Shown piece by piece: positions 20,013 to 28,770 of a DNA stretch of 64,000 nt. The stretch spans positions 288,001-352,000 of the forward strand of contig JBMNIF010000002.1 in NCBI GenBank assembly GCA_050950765.1, in the 5' to 3' direction. This stretch comes from Bdellovibrionota bacterium (lineage in GTDB: Bacteria; Bdellovibrionota_C; UBA2361; JAAYZI01). Position 1 is the stretch's first letter. Every line of letters starts with the position of its first letter. The notes under the pieces are model-generated. The model saw only the letters and a list, made by a program, of their open reading frames with translations, was not told the DNA's origin and did not search any database. A program made the position numbers and the translations under genes.

Positions 20013-22694
20013 TTACATTAAAACATTCACCAATTTTGGCACTTTAGTACCACTCTGGTAGACAACAATAAAGCGGTTTGCTTCAGAAATTTTAAAGGCA
20101 GTTCCCTGCATAGCTAAAATTACCGCCTGTTTTAAGTCGTCTTCAGTAACATCAACCGCAACATCAATTAAAGCACGTTTTTTCCCCGCTACTTGAACGA
20201 CGACAGGAACGGTATCACGCTCCAATTTCGCTTCATCGTAAATAGGCCACGACACATAAGCCACCGTCTCAGAGTGTCCCAAAATCTGCCACAACTCTTC
20301 GCCCAGATGCGGCGCAAAGGGAGAAAGTAATAGGACGAAGTCTTCTAAAGTTTTCTTTGAAACCTGCTCATATGTTATGGCATTTAAAAACTCCATTAAA
20401 GCCGATATCGCCGTGTTAAACCTTAACGCATCAAGATTTTCCGTTACCTTCTTTATTGCGAGATGACGAGCCCGTAAGGCAGTTGCCGACTCCTCGGCAA
20501 CTACATCACGCTGCTTACCATCAGCACCCACTATAAAGGCGTAAGCTTTCTTAAGAAATCTAAAAACTCCATTTATCGCCTGAGAATCCCACATCTTCAT
20601 GGCTTCTAAAGGTCCCATAAACATCAGATACATCCTAAGAGTATCGGCACCATAAGTAGCGACAACATCATCAGGGTTAATCACGTTTCTAAGAGATTTA
20701 GACATCTTAGCTGTAATACGCTCAACAACTTCCCCACTTTCTTTTTTACGAGCGACACCGTGCGTATCTTCTTCCACTTCATCCACAGGGATAAGCACAC
20801 CACGACTATCTTTGTAAGCGTAGCTAACCAACATCCCTTGATTAAAGAGTTTCTGAAAAGGCTCTTTTGTAGAGACATACCCGAGGTCGAACAAAACCTT
20901 ATGCCAAAACCTCGCATACAATAGGTGCAATACAGCGTGTTCCGCCCCACCAACATAGAGATCTACGGGCATCCACTTTTTCTCAAGCTCAACATCCCAA
21001 GCAGCTTTATCATTCTTAGGATCGATAAAACGGAGGTAATACCAACAAGACCCCGCCCACTGTGGCATGGTATTAGTTTCGCGCCTCCCTTTCTTCCCTG
21101 TTTTAGGATCAACAACATTAAGCCATTCAGTTGCACGCGCTAACGGAGACTCTCCACTCTCCGACGGTTTGTACTCCTTGACCTCCGGCAACACTAACGG
21201 CAACTCATCCTCTGAAAGCGCAGTAGAGGTGCCGTCTTCCCAATGAATTACAGGGATAGGCTCCCCCCAATAACGTTGTCTTGAAAATAACCAATCTCTT
21301 AAACGGTAATTAATAACCCCTTTTCCGTGAGCATTAGTTTCCAACCATGCGGTGATTAAACGTTTAGCTTCTTCATTAGTTTTTCCAGCGATTCCGATCT
21401 CTTGCGCCACTGGAAAATCACACGGCAACATCTCTCCCTCTTCCGTCCAGCACATTTTACCTGCTGCTACACCTTTAATAGCCTCAGTATCTCCTGCGAA
21501 CGGCACTATGACAGGTCTAATCGGAATGTTATATTTTTGTGCAAAGGCAAAGTCTCTATCGTCATGAGACGGCACTCCCATCACGGCACCCGTGCCGTAA
21601 TTCATCAAAACGTAATCACCGATATATAACGGCACTCGTTCATCTGTAATTGGGTTAATCACATAACTTCCGGTGAAAACACCTGTTTTTTCGCGATTTT
21701 CCAAAGTTCTAGCAAGCTCACTCAACTTACTCGCTTTTGTACAATACTCCTCAACCTCTCTTCTCTGTTGTTCCGTAGTTACTTCCGCCACACACGGATG
21801 CTCTGGAGAGACTACCACGAAAGTCACACCGAATAATGTATCAGGGCGTGTTGTAAAAGCGCTGATACTACTCTCTTTCCCATCGATGCGAAAAACTATC
21901 TCTGCTCCGAACCTTTTCCCGATCCAATTACGTTGCTGCTCTTTGATAGCTTCCGGCCAATCAACATCGTTTATCTCTTTTAATAACCGTTCAGCATATT
22001 TTGTAATCCTAAGAAGCCACTGCTTCATCGGTTTTCTAATCACATCGTGTCCGCCACGTTCTGACTTTCCATCTATAACCTCTTCATTTGCCAAAACCGT
22101 TCCAAGTGCTGGACACCAATTCACCATCGCATCTGAATAGTATGCCAAACGGTGCTGTGCTTGATATTCGAAGATAGCTTTTTCGCCTTGTTGTTTAACA
22201 CCCTCCGGAATCGGCAACTCAGAGATGGGACGAGCTTTTTGTTGCTCTTCATCAAACCAAGAATTATAGATCTTAAGGAAGATCCACTGCGTCCATCTGT
22301 AATAATCTTGATCACAGGTGGCTAACTCCCGATCCCAATCGTAAGAGAAACCCAACTTCTTTAACTGTTCGGTGAACCTTTGACAATTAGCTCGCGTCAC
22401 CTTAGAAGGATGCTCTCCCGTGTTAATAGCGTGTTGCTCCGCCGGTAGTCCGAAAGCATCGTAACCCATCGGATGCAGCACAGAAAAACCTTGCATCCTT
22501 TTATAACGGCAGAAGATATCAGTTCCCGTATATCCGAGAGGGTGTCCGATATGCAGCCCTGCACCTGATGGATATGGAAACATATCCAAGACATACATTT
22601 TTTTCTCTTGAGGCTCTCCTACTGCAAAAGTTTTATTATCACTCCAAAAGGTCTGCCATTTTTGTTCTATGCTACTCGGATCGTATTCAGCCAC
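20013..22694 (-). CDS. leuS: Leucine--tRNA ligase
   Basis: [21 protein letters not shown] editing domain, [19 protein letters not shown]. Confidence 0.98.
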   Translation of the reverse strand: MAEYDPSSIEQKWQTFWSDNKTFAVGEPQEKKMYVLDMFPYPSGAGLHIGHPLGYTGTDIFCRYKRMQGFSVLHPMGYDAFGLPAEQHAINTGEHPSKVTRANCQRFTEQLKKLGFSYDWDRELATCDQDYYRWTQWIFLKIYNSWFDEEQQKARPISELPIPEGVKQQGEKAIFEYQAQHRLAYYSDAMVNWCPALGTVLANEEVIDGKSERGGHDVIRKPMKQWLLRITKYAERLLKEINDVDWPEAIKEQQRNWIGKRFGAEIVFRIDGKESSISAFTTRPDTLFGVTFVVVSPEHPCVAEVTTEQQRREVEEYCTKASKLSELARTLENREKTGVFTGSYVINPITDERVPLYIGDYVLMNYGTGAVMGVPSHDDRDFAFAQKYNIPIRPVIVPFAGDTEAIKGVAAGKMCWTEEGEMLPCDFPVAQEIGIAGKTNEEAKRLITAWLETNAHGKGVINYRLRDWLFSRQRYWGEPIPVIHWEDGTSTALSEDELPLVLPEVKEYKPSESGESPLARATEWLNVVDPKTGKKGRRETNTMPQWAGSCWYYLRFIDPKNDKAAWDVELEKKWMPVDLYVGGAEHAVLHLLYARFWHKVLFDLGYVSTKEPFQKLFNQGMLVSYAYKDSRGVLIPVDEVEEDTHGVARKKESGEVVERITAKMSKSLRNVINPDDVVATYGADTLRMYLMFMGPLEAMKMWDSQAINGVFRFLKKAYAFIVGADGKQRDVVAEESATALRARHLAIKKVTENLDALRFNTAISALMEFLNAITYEQVSKKTLEDFVLLLSPFAPHLGEELWQILGHSETVAYVSWPIYDEAKLERDTVPVVVQVAGKKRALIDVAVDVTEDDLKQAVILAMQGTAFKISEANRFIVVYQSGTKVPKLVNVLM

Positions 22695-23059
22695 CGTCTT
22701 ATCTCCTCACAATATCACTGAAGCCGTTAAAAAACTTTTTTACACGATTCCTTTACTCAGTGTAAGCCGAGCTAACTATACTTGAATGACGAAAAAAATA
22801 ACACCCTTACGAAATATACAGTCAGAATTGCCCCAAAATTTGGGATCCTAAATCATTTTCAATTTTAATAGACTAAATTTTATTATTATTCCTCTGATTT
22901 CTTAGAATTATCAGATGATTGGCAGAGTAAGATCAATAATTAAATCTCTTCTCCCCCTAAATAACACCCCTCAAACAGTGCTAAAATAAGGTATTACAAA
23001 AATGCACCCTCCGAAGCACTTGCATCAATCAAGTTTTTCTTGTACAAACTAGCCCTACT

Positions 23060-23136
23060 GGAGTTGTAGTTCAGTTGGTTAGAACGCTTGCCTGTCACGC
23101 AAGAGGCCGCGGGTTCGAGTCCCGTCAACTCCGCCA
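23060..23136 (+). tRNA. tRNA-Asp (GTC)
   Basis: Acceptor GGAGTTG/CAACTCC, anticodon arm CTTGC-CTGTCAC-GCAAG, GGTTCGAGTCC T-arm, encoded CCA. Confidence 0.97.
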
Positions 23137-23151
23137 CCACCCTTTTTCCTA

Positions 23152-23283
23152 CCGCGAGTTCAAGTCCCGTCAATTCTATTAGCGCCTTTTTCCGATCACG
23201 GGTTCAAGTCTTGTCGATCCTGTTAACGCCTTTTTCCAATCACGGGTTCAAGTCCCGTCAATTCTATTAACGCCTTTTTTCCA
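23152..23283 (+). repeat. Three tandem degenerate copies (44-45 bp period) of the tRNA-Asp 3' half
   Basis: Units at 23152, 23196 and 23240 resemble tRNA bases 23107-23136 (CCGCGGGTTCGAGTCCCGTCAACTCC), each followed by CCTTTTT. Confidence 0.9.
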
Positions 23284-23334
23284 CCTTAATTTATTTATCA
23301 GTATTCAGACAATTCAATTTTCTTAGGACGCTCC

Positions 23335-23690
23335 ACTACGAAGGTCAAAAATTTGAATGGGCTGCAACTGCAGAACGGGATCGGCTAGATCTTGACGGAG
23401 GTTAAAAATCTGGTGCCACCCTTCAGATAAAAGTGGGTGTCCTAATTGGAAGGCTTCAGGGACGATTGTTAAAAATTTGGTGCCACCCTTCAGGGATGTA
23501 GAGGCTTTCAAATAGGACATCCAAACTTCAAAATTACAACATCAATAATATCAAGATGTTAGCAAAAGCTTAGGCTGGGCGAATTTGGTGCCACCCTTCA
23601 AGAACAGCTGAACGGGCTGCAACTGCAGAACGGGATCGGCTAGATCTGGACGAAGGTTAAAAATCTGGTGCCACCCACTAGTGACGCTTT
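23335..23690. repeat. Cluster of the ~78-bp repeat family (2 near-full copies, 4 GGTGCCACCC cores) with an internal inverted repeat
   Basis: GGGCTGCAACTGCAGAACGGGATCGGCTAGATCT occurs twice; GGTGCCACCC at 23412, 23479, 23587 and 23667. Confidence 0.9.
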
Positions 23691-23736
23691 AAAACGATCG
23701 TATCCTCTTTTTTAATTTTTACTAAACTCTAAAAAG

Positions 23737-23790
23737 TTATTGACATATGCCATAAATGGTGTGTAATATAGTAAATAACATATGTCATAA
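23737..23790 (+). promoter_or_regulatory. Sigma70-like promoter with two ACATATGYCATAA operator-like boxes
   Basis: TTGACA at 23740 and TGTAATAT at 23762; ACATATGCCATAA 23743-23755 and ACATATGTCATAA 23778-23790. Confidence 0.6.
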
Positions 23791-23813
23791 ACTTTAAGGG
23801 GGTGAGAATAATT

Positions 23814-24071
23814 ATGCCTAGAAGAGATGGAACTGGACCGATAGCAGGAAGAGGCTTAGGTGTTTGCGCAGGTGCTAGTACAATAAAAGAGAGCAGCACC
23901 CTCACTGCAGTGAGAAGAGGTTTGGGACTTGCTTATAGACACGGCTGTGGTCGTCGTGGTTTCGGTCGATGTTTTGAAGGTAATCGAACTCAAAAAGAGG
24001 TGTTAGAAGAACAAAAAGCTGTATTACAAGATCGACTCGAAGTCATTAACAGGCGATTAGAGAACTTGTAA
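23814..24071 (+). CDS. DUF5320 family small Gly/Arg-rich protein
   Basis: MPRRDGTGP..GRGLGVC start, GRRGFG, C-terminal coiled coil QKEVLEEQKAVLQDRLEVINRRLENL; strong SD. Confidence 0.8.
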   Translation: MPRRDGTGPIAGRGLGVCAGASTIKESSTLTAVRRGLGLAYRHGCGRRGFGRCFEGNRTQKEVLEEQKAVLQDRLEVINRRLENL

Positions 24072-24085
24072 TGATCAACGAGAAG

Positions 24086-24116
24086 AATCGGAGCTCCCTC
24101 CGGTTATTTATATTTT
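24086..24116 (+). terminator. Possible hairpin/terminator after the DUF5320 gene
   Basis: AATCGGAG-CTCC-CTCCGGTT stem followed by an AT-rich tract. Confidence 0.35.
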
Positions 24117-24135
24117 AGAATGGAGGTGACTTACT

Positions 24136-24513
24136 ATAGCTAGACCAATGAAATGGAGAAGAGTTTGCTGCCTGCCTGAACGAAATAAATTCGGACCTCT
24201 CGATTCGCCTGCTGACGCAGAAAACCTTATAAAAATGAGTGTAGATGAGTATGAAGCTATAAGACTTATCGATCAGGAAGGCTTCACCCAAGAAGAGTGC
24301 GCCAAGCAAATGAACATCGCTCGCAGTACAGTTCAAGGCATCTATATAGAGGCTAGAAAAAAACTGGCGGATTCTTTGATAAATGGAAAGGTGTTACTGA
24401 TTGAGGGTGGTGAGTACCGACTTTGCGAAGGATCGAGAGATGGTTGCGGTCGCGGCTGTCAGAGACGTAGACGTAGGCAACGCTTTATAGATGACGTAGA
24501 TCAAGATAGTTGA
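24136..24513 (+). CDS. DUF134 (UPF0251) HTH DNA-binding protein; family start codon appears as ATA at 24136, alternative ATG at 24148
   Basis: (M)ARPMKWRRVC, DEYEAIRLID.EG.TQEECAKQMNIARSTVQ, ARKKLADSL, IEGGEY. Confidence 0.88.
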   Translation: MARPMKWRRVCCLPERNKFGPLDSPADAENLIKMSVDEYEAIRLIDQEGFTQEECAKQMNIARSTVQGIYIEARKKLADSLINGKVLLIEGGEYRLCEGSRDGCGRGCQRRRRRQRFIDDVDQDS

Positions 24514-24515
24514 TT

Positions 24516-24875
24516 ATGTATTTGGAAAAACATTTGAGTATTTTATAAGTTTGCAAAATGCTCATATATCTATACCGAATGCAGCCTCAAAGAGGATTAT
24601 AAAAAACTTCTCTTTGGAGATTATCTGTTATTTAAAGATAAACACATTAAGGGGATCAGTTATCTTGTGTTTAAATATGGCGCTCCCAGCAGAGCATCCT
24701 GCATGACATCGATATTAAAGACAAGGCAAACCCCTCTCTTAAAGAAGACATTAAATATTACGGAAGGAGATATCGTTCAAGGTTTTAGGTGAAGTTCTTA
24801 AACATTGAACTACTCTGCTCAAACTTAGGTACGAATATACTACACAATGCAATTAAGAATTATTTAAAAATATAA
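24516..24875 (+). pseudogene. Decayed IscU/NifU-N Fe-S scaffold gene
   Basis: Frame-broken segments MYLEK.., LQNAH..PNA, FGDYLL..IKGISYLVF..ASCMTSIL, NITEGDIVQ, LCSNLGTNILHNAIKNYLK* are colinear with IscU; stops and frameshifts present. Confidence 0.75.
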
Positions 24876-24889
24876 AACGGAGGATTTTT

Positions 24890-25258
24890 ATGAGAATAGC
24901 AATTCCTGTCGATGAGAAAAACTTAGAATCGAACGTATGTGTATCCTTTGGTCGCGCCCCCTATTTCCTTATTTACGATATAGAAACTGAGGAAAGTATC
25001 TTTATTGATAACGATGCAGCAACAGATAAAGGCGGGGCAGGAATCAAAGCTGCACAAACGATCGTAGATAATAAAGCAGATGCTTTATTGACTCCACGTT
25101 GCGGACAAAACGCTGCTGATGTGATTAGTGCTGCCAATGTTAAGATCTATAAAGCGACCACTGGTTCAATCAAAGATAACATTGATGCCTTCACTGCAAA
25201 CAAACTTTCTTTACTCGACGAAATCCACAGTGGATTCCATAAGCACGGGAGCAACTAA
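24890..25258 (+). CDS. NifB/NifX family (FeMo-cofactor-binding domain) protein
   Basis: MRIAIP, FGRAPYFLIYD, GAGIKAAQ, CGQNA; GGAGG SD. Confidence 0.9.
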   Translation: MRIAIPVDEKNLESNVCVSFGRAPYFLIYDIETEESIFIDNDAATDKGGAGIKAAQTIVDNKADALLTPRCGQNAADVISAANVKIYKATTGSIKDNIDAFTANKLSLLDEIHSGFHKHGSN

Positions 25259-25259
25259 T

Positions 25260-26120
25260 ATGAAAATAGCTGTGCTAAGCGGCAAAGGTGGTACAGGAAA
25301 AACACTAGTATCAGTGAATTTAGCTGCTGCAGCGAAAATATCTACATATATAGACTGTGATGTCGAAGAGCCGAACGGACATCTGTTTTTCAAGCCTAAG
25401 GAGGTTCACCTCGAAGAAGTAACAGTAAAAATCCCTCAGGTGAATGAATTGTGCTATGGATGCCGTGATTGTGTTAATTTTTGCAAGTTTAACGCTCTCG
25501 CATATGTCAAAGATAAGTTGATTATCTTTGAGGAAGTTTGTCATTCCTGTGGTGGTTGTATTTTGGTCTGCCCTAAAAAGGCACTAACAGAGAAAGAAAA
25601 GATTATCGGCAAAATCCAAAGAGGGGTCTCTGAGCAAGTGTCGGTACATACAGGGATATTAAATATCGGTGAAGCCTCAGGAGTTCCTATTATTAAAAAG
25701 TTACTTAATGAAAAGAATTCTAAAACAGATACCTTAACTATTATTGACTGTCCCCCTGGAAGCGCCTGTATCGTAATGGAGAGCATTAAAGATACGGACT
25801 ATTGCATTTTAGTAGCAGAGCCTACACTCTTTGGTGTGCATAACCTAAACATGGTGTATGAGCTAGTAAAATTATTTAATAAGCCATTCGGCGTTGTCCT
25901 TAACAAATGTTTGTTGGGAGAAGAAAATCCAGCAGAAAAGTTTTGTCTAGAAAAAAATATTAAGATTTTAGAGCAAATTCCATTTGATAATGAACTCGGA
26001 GCTTTAAATTCCGATGCAGAGATTGTTGTAAGAAAAAATGAAAGATACCGCGAGTTGTTCTCTTCCTTGCTTGATAAATTAATAAAAGAGGTGCAGCATG
26101 AAGCAATTGCTAATTCTTAG
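25260..26120 (+). CDS. MinD/CbiA-superfamily P-loop ATPase with inserted 4Fe-4S ferredoxin domain
   Basis: SGKGGTGKT, DCDVEEPN, CYGCRDCVNFC and CHSCGGCILVCP, IDCPPG; start at ATG 25260. Confidence 0.9.
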   Translation: MKIAVLSGKGGTGKTLVSVNLAAAAKISTYIDCDVEEPNGHLFFKPKEVHLEEVTVKIPQVNELCYGCRDCVNFCKFNALAYVKDKLIIFEEVCHSCGGCILVCPKKALTEKEKIIGKIQRGVSEQVSVHTGILNIGEASGVPIIKKLLNEKNSKTDTLTIIDCPPGSACIVMESIKDTDYCILVAEPTLFGVHNLNMVYELVKLFNKPFGVVLNKCLLGEENPAEKFCLEKNIKILEQIPFDNELGALNSDAEIVVRKNERYRELFSSLLDKLIKEVQHEAIANS

Positions 26121-26973
26121 CGGGAAAGGTGGCACTGGAAAAACCACTATTGCAAGCGCATTTATAAAGCTTGCTGATGCCAAAGCATATGCGGATTGTG
26201 ATGTAGATGCGCCCAACTTACACCTTGCAATCGAATGGAGCATTGAGCCGAACAAAACAGACTATTATGGACTACACAAAGCAGAGATAAATCCAAAATC
26301 ATGCACCCGCTGTGATAAGTGCAGACAAAACTGCCGTTTTGATGCTATTTCAATAGAAGAAAACTACACGGTTAATCCCTTTTCATGTGAAGGGTGTGGT
26401 GTTTGTGAATATGTTTGTCCTGCAAATGCGATCACGATGAACCCGTCAGTAGACGGCGAACTAACCCTTTATTCTAACGCTGAAAAAGTTTTTTCCACAG
26501 CACAACTTAAGATGGGAAGCGGCACTTCTGGATTACTCGTCACAGAAGTAAAAAAACGGATGAAGTCAGCAGGAGTTGAGACTGAACTGGCTATTATTGA
26601 TGGCTCACCTGGTATAGGCTGCCCTGTTATAGCATCTCTTAGTGGTGTAGATATGGTTTTAATTATCGCAGAACCTTCCGTATCAGGGATTAGTGATATG
26701 GAACGCATCATAAACACTGCAGCAAATTTCGGAATTAAGACAGCCGTATGTGTAAATAAATTTGATACCAATATTGAAATTACGGAAAGGATAGAAAGTT
26801 TCTGCTATCAACAAGGTCTTGACTTTGTGGGTAGGATACCGTTTGACCCTAAAGCGATAAAAGCCGTCAATAGTGGTCAAACCATCGTAGATATAGATTG
26901 TGAGTCAGGGGCAGCCCTTAAAGAGGTTTATCACAAAACGATAAGTCTACTCCTTAAAAAAGTTGGTGTATAA
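26098..26973 (+). CDS. Second MinD-superfamily P-loop ATPase with ferredoxin domain
   Basis: SGKGGTGKT, DCDVDAPNLHL, CTRCDKC and CEGCGVCEYVCP, DGSPGIGCPVIAS. Confidence 0.9.
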   Translation: MKQLLILSGKGGTGKTTIASAFIKLADAKAYADCDVDAPNLHLAIEWSIEPNKTDYYGLHKAEINPKSCTRCDKCRQNCRFDAISIEENYTVNPFSCEGCGVCEYVCPANAITMNPSVDGELTLYSNAEKVFSTAQLKMGSGTSGLLVTEVKKRMKSAGVETELAIIDGSPGIGCPVIASLSGVDMVLIIAEPSVSGISDMERIINTAANFGIKTAVCVNKFDTNIEITERIESFCYQQGLDFVGRIPFDPKAIKAVNSGQTIVDIDCESGAALKEVYHKTISLLLKKVGV

Positions 26974-26977
26974 AGTT

Positions 26978-27799
26978 ATGCTTATTAAAGCTTTGGTTGA
27001 AAATACAACTATATCAGATAATTTTGGCAACGAGCATGGTCTTAGCCTGTACTTAGAAACAGAGACAAATAAGGTATTATTTGATGTAGGTGCGAGCGAT
27101 CTCTTCTTCCAAAACGCAAAAAAACTTGATGTGAATATTGCTGAGGTTGATTTTCTCGTAATTTCGCACGGGCATTATGACCATGGCGGGGGTCTAGAAA
27201 CATTTTTAGAAGAAAACAGAAAAGCTAAAGTATTTCTACATGGACTTGCATTTGAACAATACTATGCTGTGCGCCCAAATGGTAAATTAGATTTTATAGG
27301 GCTTGATGAAAAGTTGAGGCAAAACCAACAGATTATTCTCACGTCAGAGCACTTCTTTATTAACAGTAAGATTCAGCTCTTTTCTAATATAGTTCAGAGA
27401 GAGCCGCTTCCAAAATCAAATAACAACTTACTTTTGAAATACAAAGGAGAGATGATACCTGACACCTTTAAGCATGAGCAAAACCTCGTGATAAAAGAAG
27501 ACGGTAAAATTTTATTGGTAACAGGCTGCGCTCATAATGGCATTATAAACATCCTTGAACATTTCCAAAAAATTATGGGACAAGTACCCAACTATGTAAT
27601 AGGTGGGTTTCACCTTTCCAGCCGCTCCGACGGTGATGTTGATTCTAAAATGATCGATGATATCGGTAGATACTTAATGAGCACAAAGGCAAGGTTTTAT
27701 ACCTGTCATTGTACTGGCATCGAGCCTTATAAAAGGCTGAAAGCCATTATGGGTGATAATATCAATTACCTATCAACTGGCGAGCAAATAAAAATATAG
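26978..27799 (+). CDS. MBL-fold metallo-hydrolase (MJ0448-like)
   Basis: EHGLSLY, LFDVG, SHGHYDHGGG, TGCAH, GGFH, CHCTG. Confidence 0.9.
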   Translation: MLIKALVENTTISDNFGNEHGLSLYLETETNKVLFDVGASDLFFQNAKKLDVNIAEVDFLVISHGHYDHGGGLETFLEENRKAKVFLHGLAFEQYYAVRPNGKLDFIGLDEKLRQNQQIILTSEHFFINSKIQLFSNIVQREPLPKSNNNLLLKYKGEMIPDTFKHEQNLVIKEDGKILLVTGCAHNGIINILEHFQKIMGQVPNYVIGGFHLSSRSDGDVDSKMIDDIGRYLMSTKARFYTCHCTGIEPYKRLKAIMGDNINYLSTGEQIKI

Positions 27800-27903
27800 T
27801 GGCTATTATGATAAATTACTAAATAACTGAGTGAGTATATGGTAAAGTTTAGTGCGTTTACTTGAATTTTAATTTTTGCAATTGGTGCAATCTTTGCAAT
27901 CAG

Positions 27904-28200
27904 ATTGTCACTATAACTTCACTACGGGAGTTAGTGTCGATAATTATTTTAAAAGGTGTAAAAAAACGGAGGTGATAAATATCCCTATTACGGTTCACTA
28001 AAAAACATGCTTACTTTAAATATCGTAATAACAACAATAGTTGTTAGATATTTAACGAAAGTCAGATTGAGGAAATTACTGCCAAACATAAAAGCTCTTG
28101 TTAAAATACCTACTCATCCGAAACTTTCAGTTGTATATGACAAAGGTACGCTAGATCTTTTCGATGGCGATTAACTTAAAGTAGTTATAAAAACATTAAA
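27904..28200 (+). pseudogene. Decayed 3' part of a Mrp/NBP35 (ApbC) Fe-S carrier ATPase gene
   Basis: Broken frames read IVTITSLRELVSIIILKGVK..INIPITG..KNM.YFK..IFNESQIEEITAKH..KIPTHPKLSVVYDKGTLDLFDGD*L, colinear with the Mrp C-terminus (VTSPQELVSMIV.KAVKMA..NIP..G.VENM.YF.C...FG.S..IDP.....D.G..ELF.GDWL). Confidence 0.75.
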
Positions 28201-28218
28201 AAATGGAGGAAGAATAAT

Positions 28219-28578
28219 ATGCTAAAAATTGCAGTTGCAAGTGATAATGGAATGGTGACGGAGCACTTCGGACACTGTGAAGAGTTTATGATTTTTGACA
28301 CCGAAAAAAATCAGATTATTAAAAGTGAGACTGTTGCCAACCCTGGACATAGACCTGGATTTTTACCTAATTTCCTTGCAGATCGTGGTGTAAATGTTGT
28401 CATTAGCGGCGGCATGGGTGGAGGTGCAGTTGAGATTTTTAATGAGAAAAACGTTGAAGTTATTGTAGGAGCTTCCGGCGATTCAAAAAGTGCCGTGGAG
28501 AGATATTTAAAGGGTGAACTTAAAACAACAGGTTCTATCTGTCAGGAACATTCGCACCAAGATAAGTGCAAAAAGTAA
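28219..28578 (+). CDS. NifB/NifX family protein
   Basis: KIAVASDNGMVTEHFGHC, PGHRPGFLP, ISGGMG, C-terminal C..H.H; GGAGG SD. Confidence 0.9.
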   Translation: MLKIAVASDNGMVTEHFGHCEEFMIFDTEKNQIIKSETVANPGHRPGFLPNFLADRGVNVVISGGMGGGAVEIFNEKNVEVIVGASGDSKSAVERYLKGELKTTGSICQEHSHQDKCKK

Positions 28579-28770
28579 GGAGAATATCTACATTTAAAAA
28601 CTGTGCTGGCGCAAATAATAACTACCTTTGAGTGGGAGGTGTAAATAATTTTGTGTATTTTGCTATTTTAAAAAAGTGCTAACAACTAAACTACACTTTT
28701 AAACTAATACTGCATTCAATCTCTTGCTTTACACAAAATTTATTACACCCTCCCCTACTCACTTACAAAG

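Noticed and set aside
23088..23270. 60-aa ORF
   Set aside because: Overlaps tRNA-Asp and its derived repeats
23323..23520. 65-aa minus-strand ORF with repeated QIFNLR motif
   Set aside because: It is a translation of the non-coding repeat; other copies have frame-breaking periods and stops
27968..27974. GGAGGTG as Shine-Dalgarno for a missed small gene
   Set aside because: No start codon or ORF follows; the sequence is internal to the Mrp pseudogene trace
24890..28578. Nitrogen fixation cluster
   Set aside because: Only stand-alone NifX-like domains; no nifH/D/K/E/N
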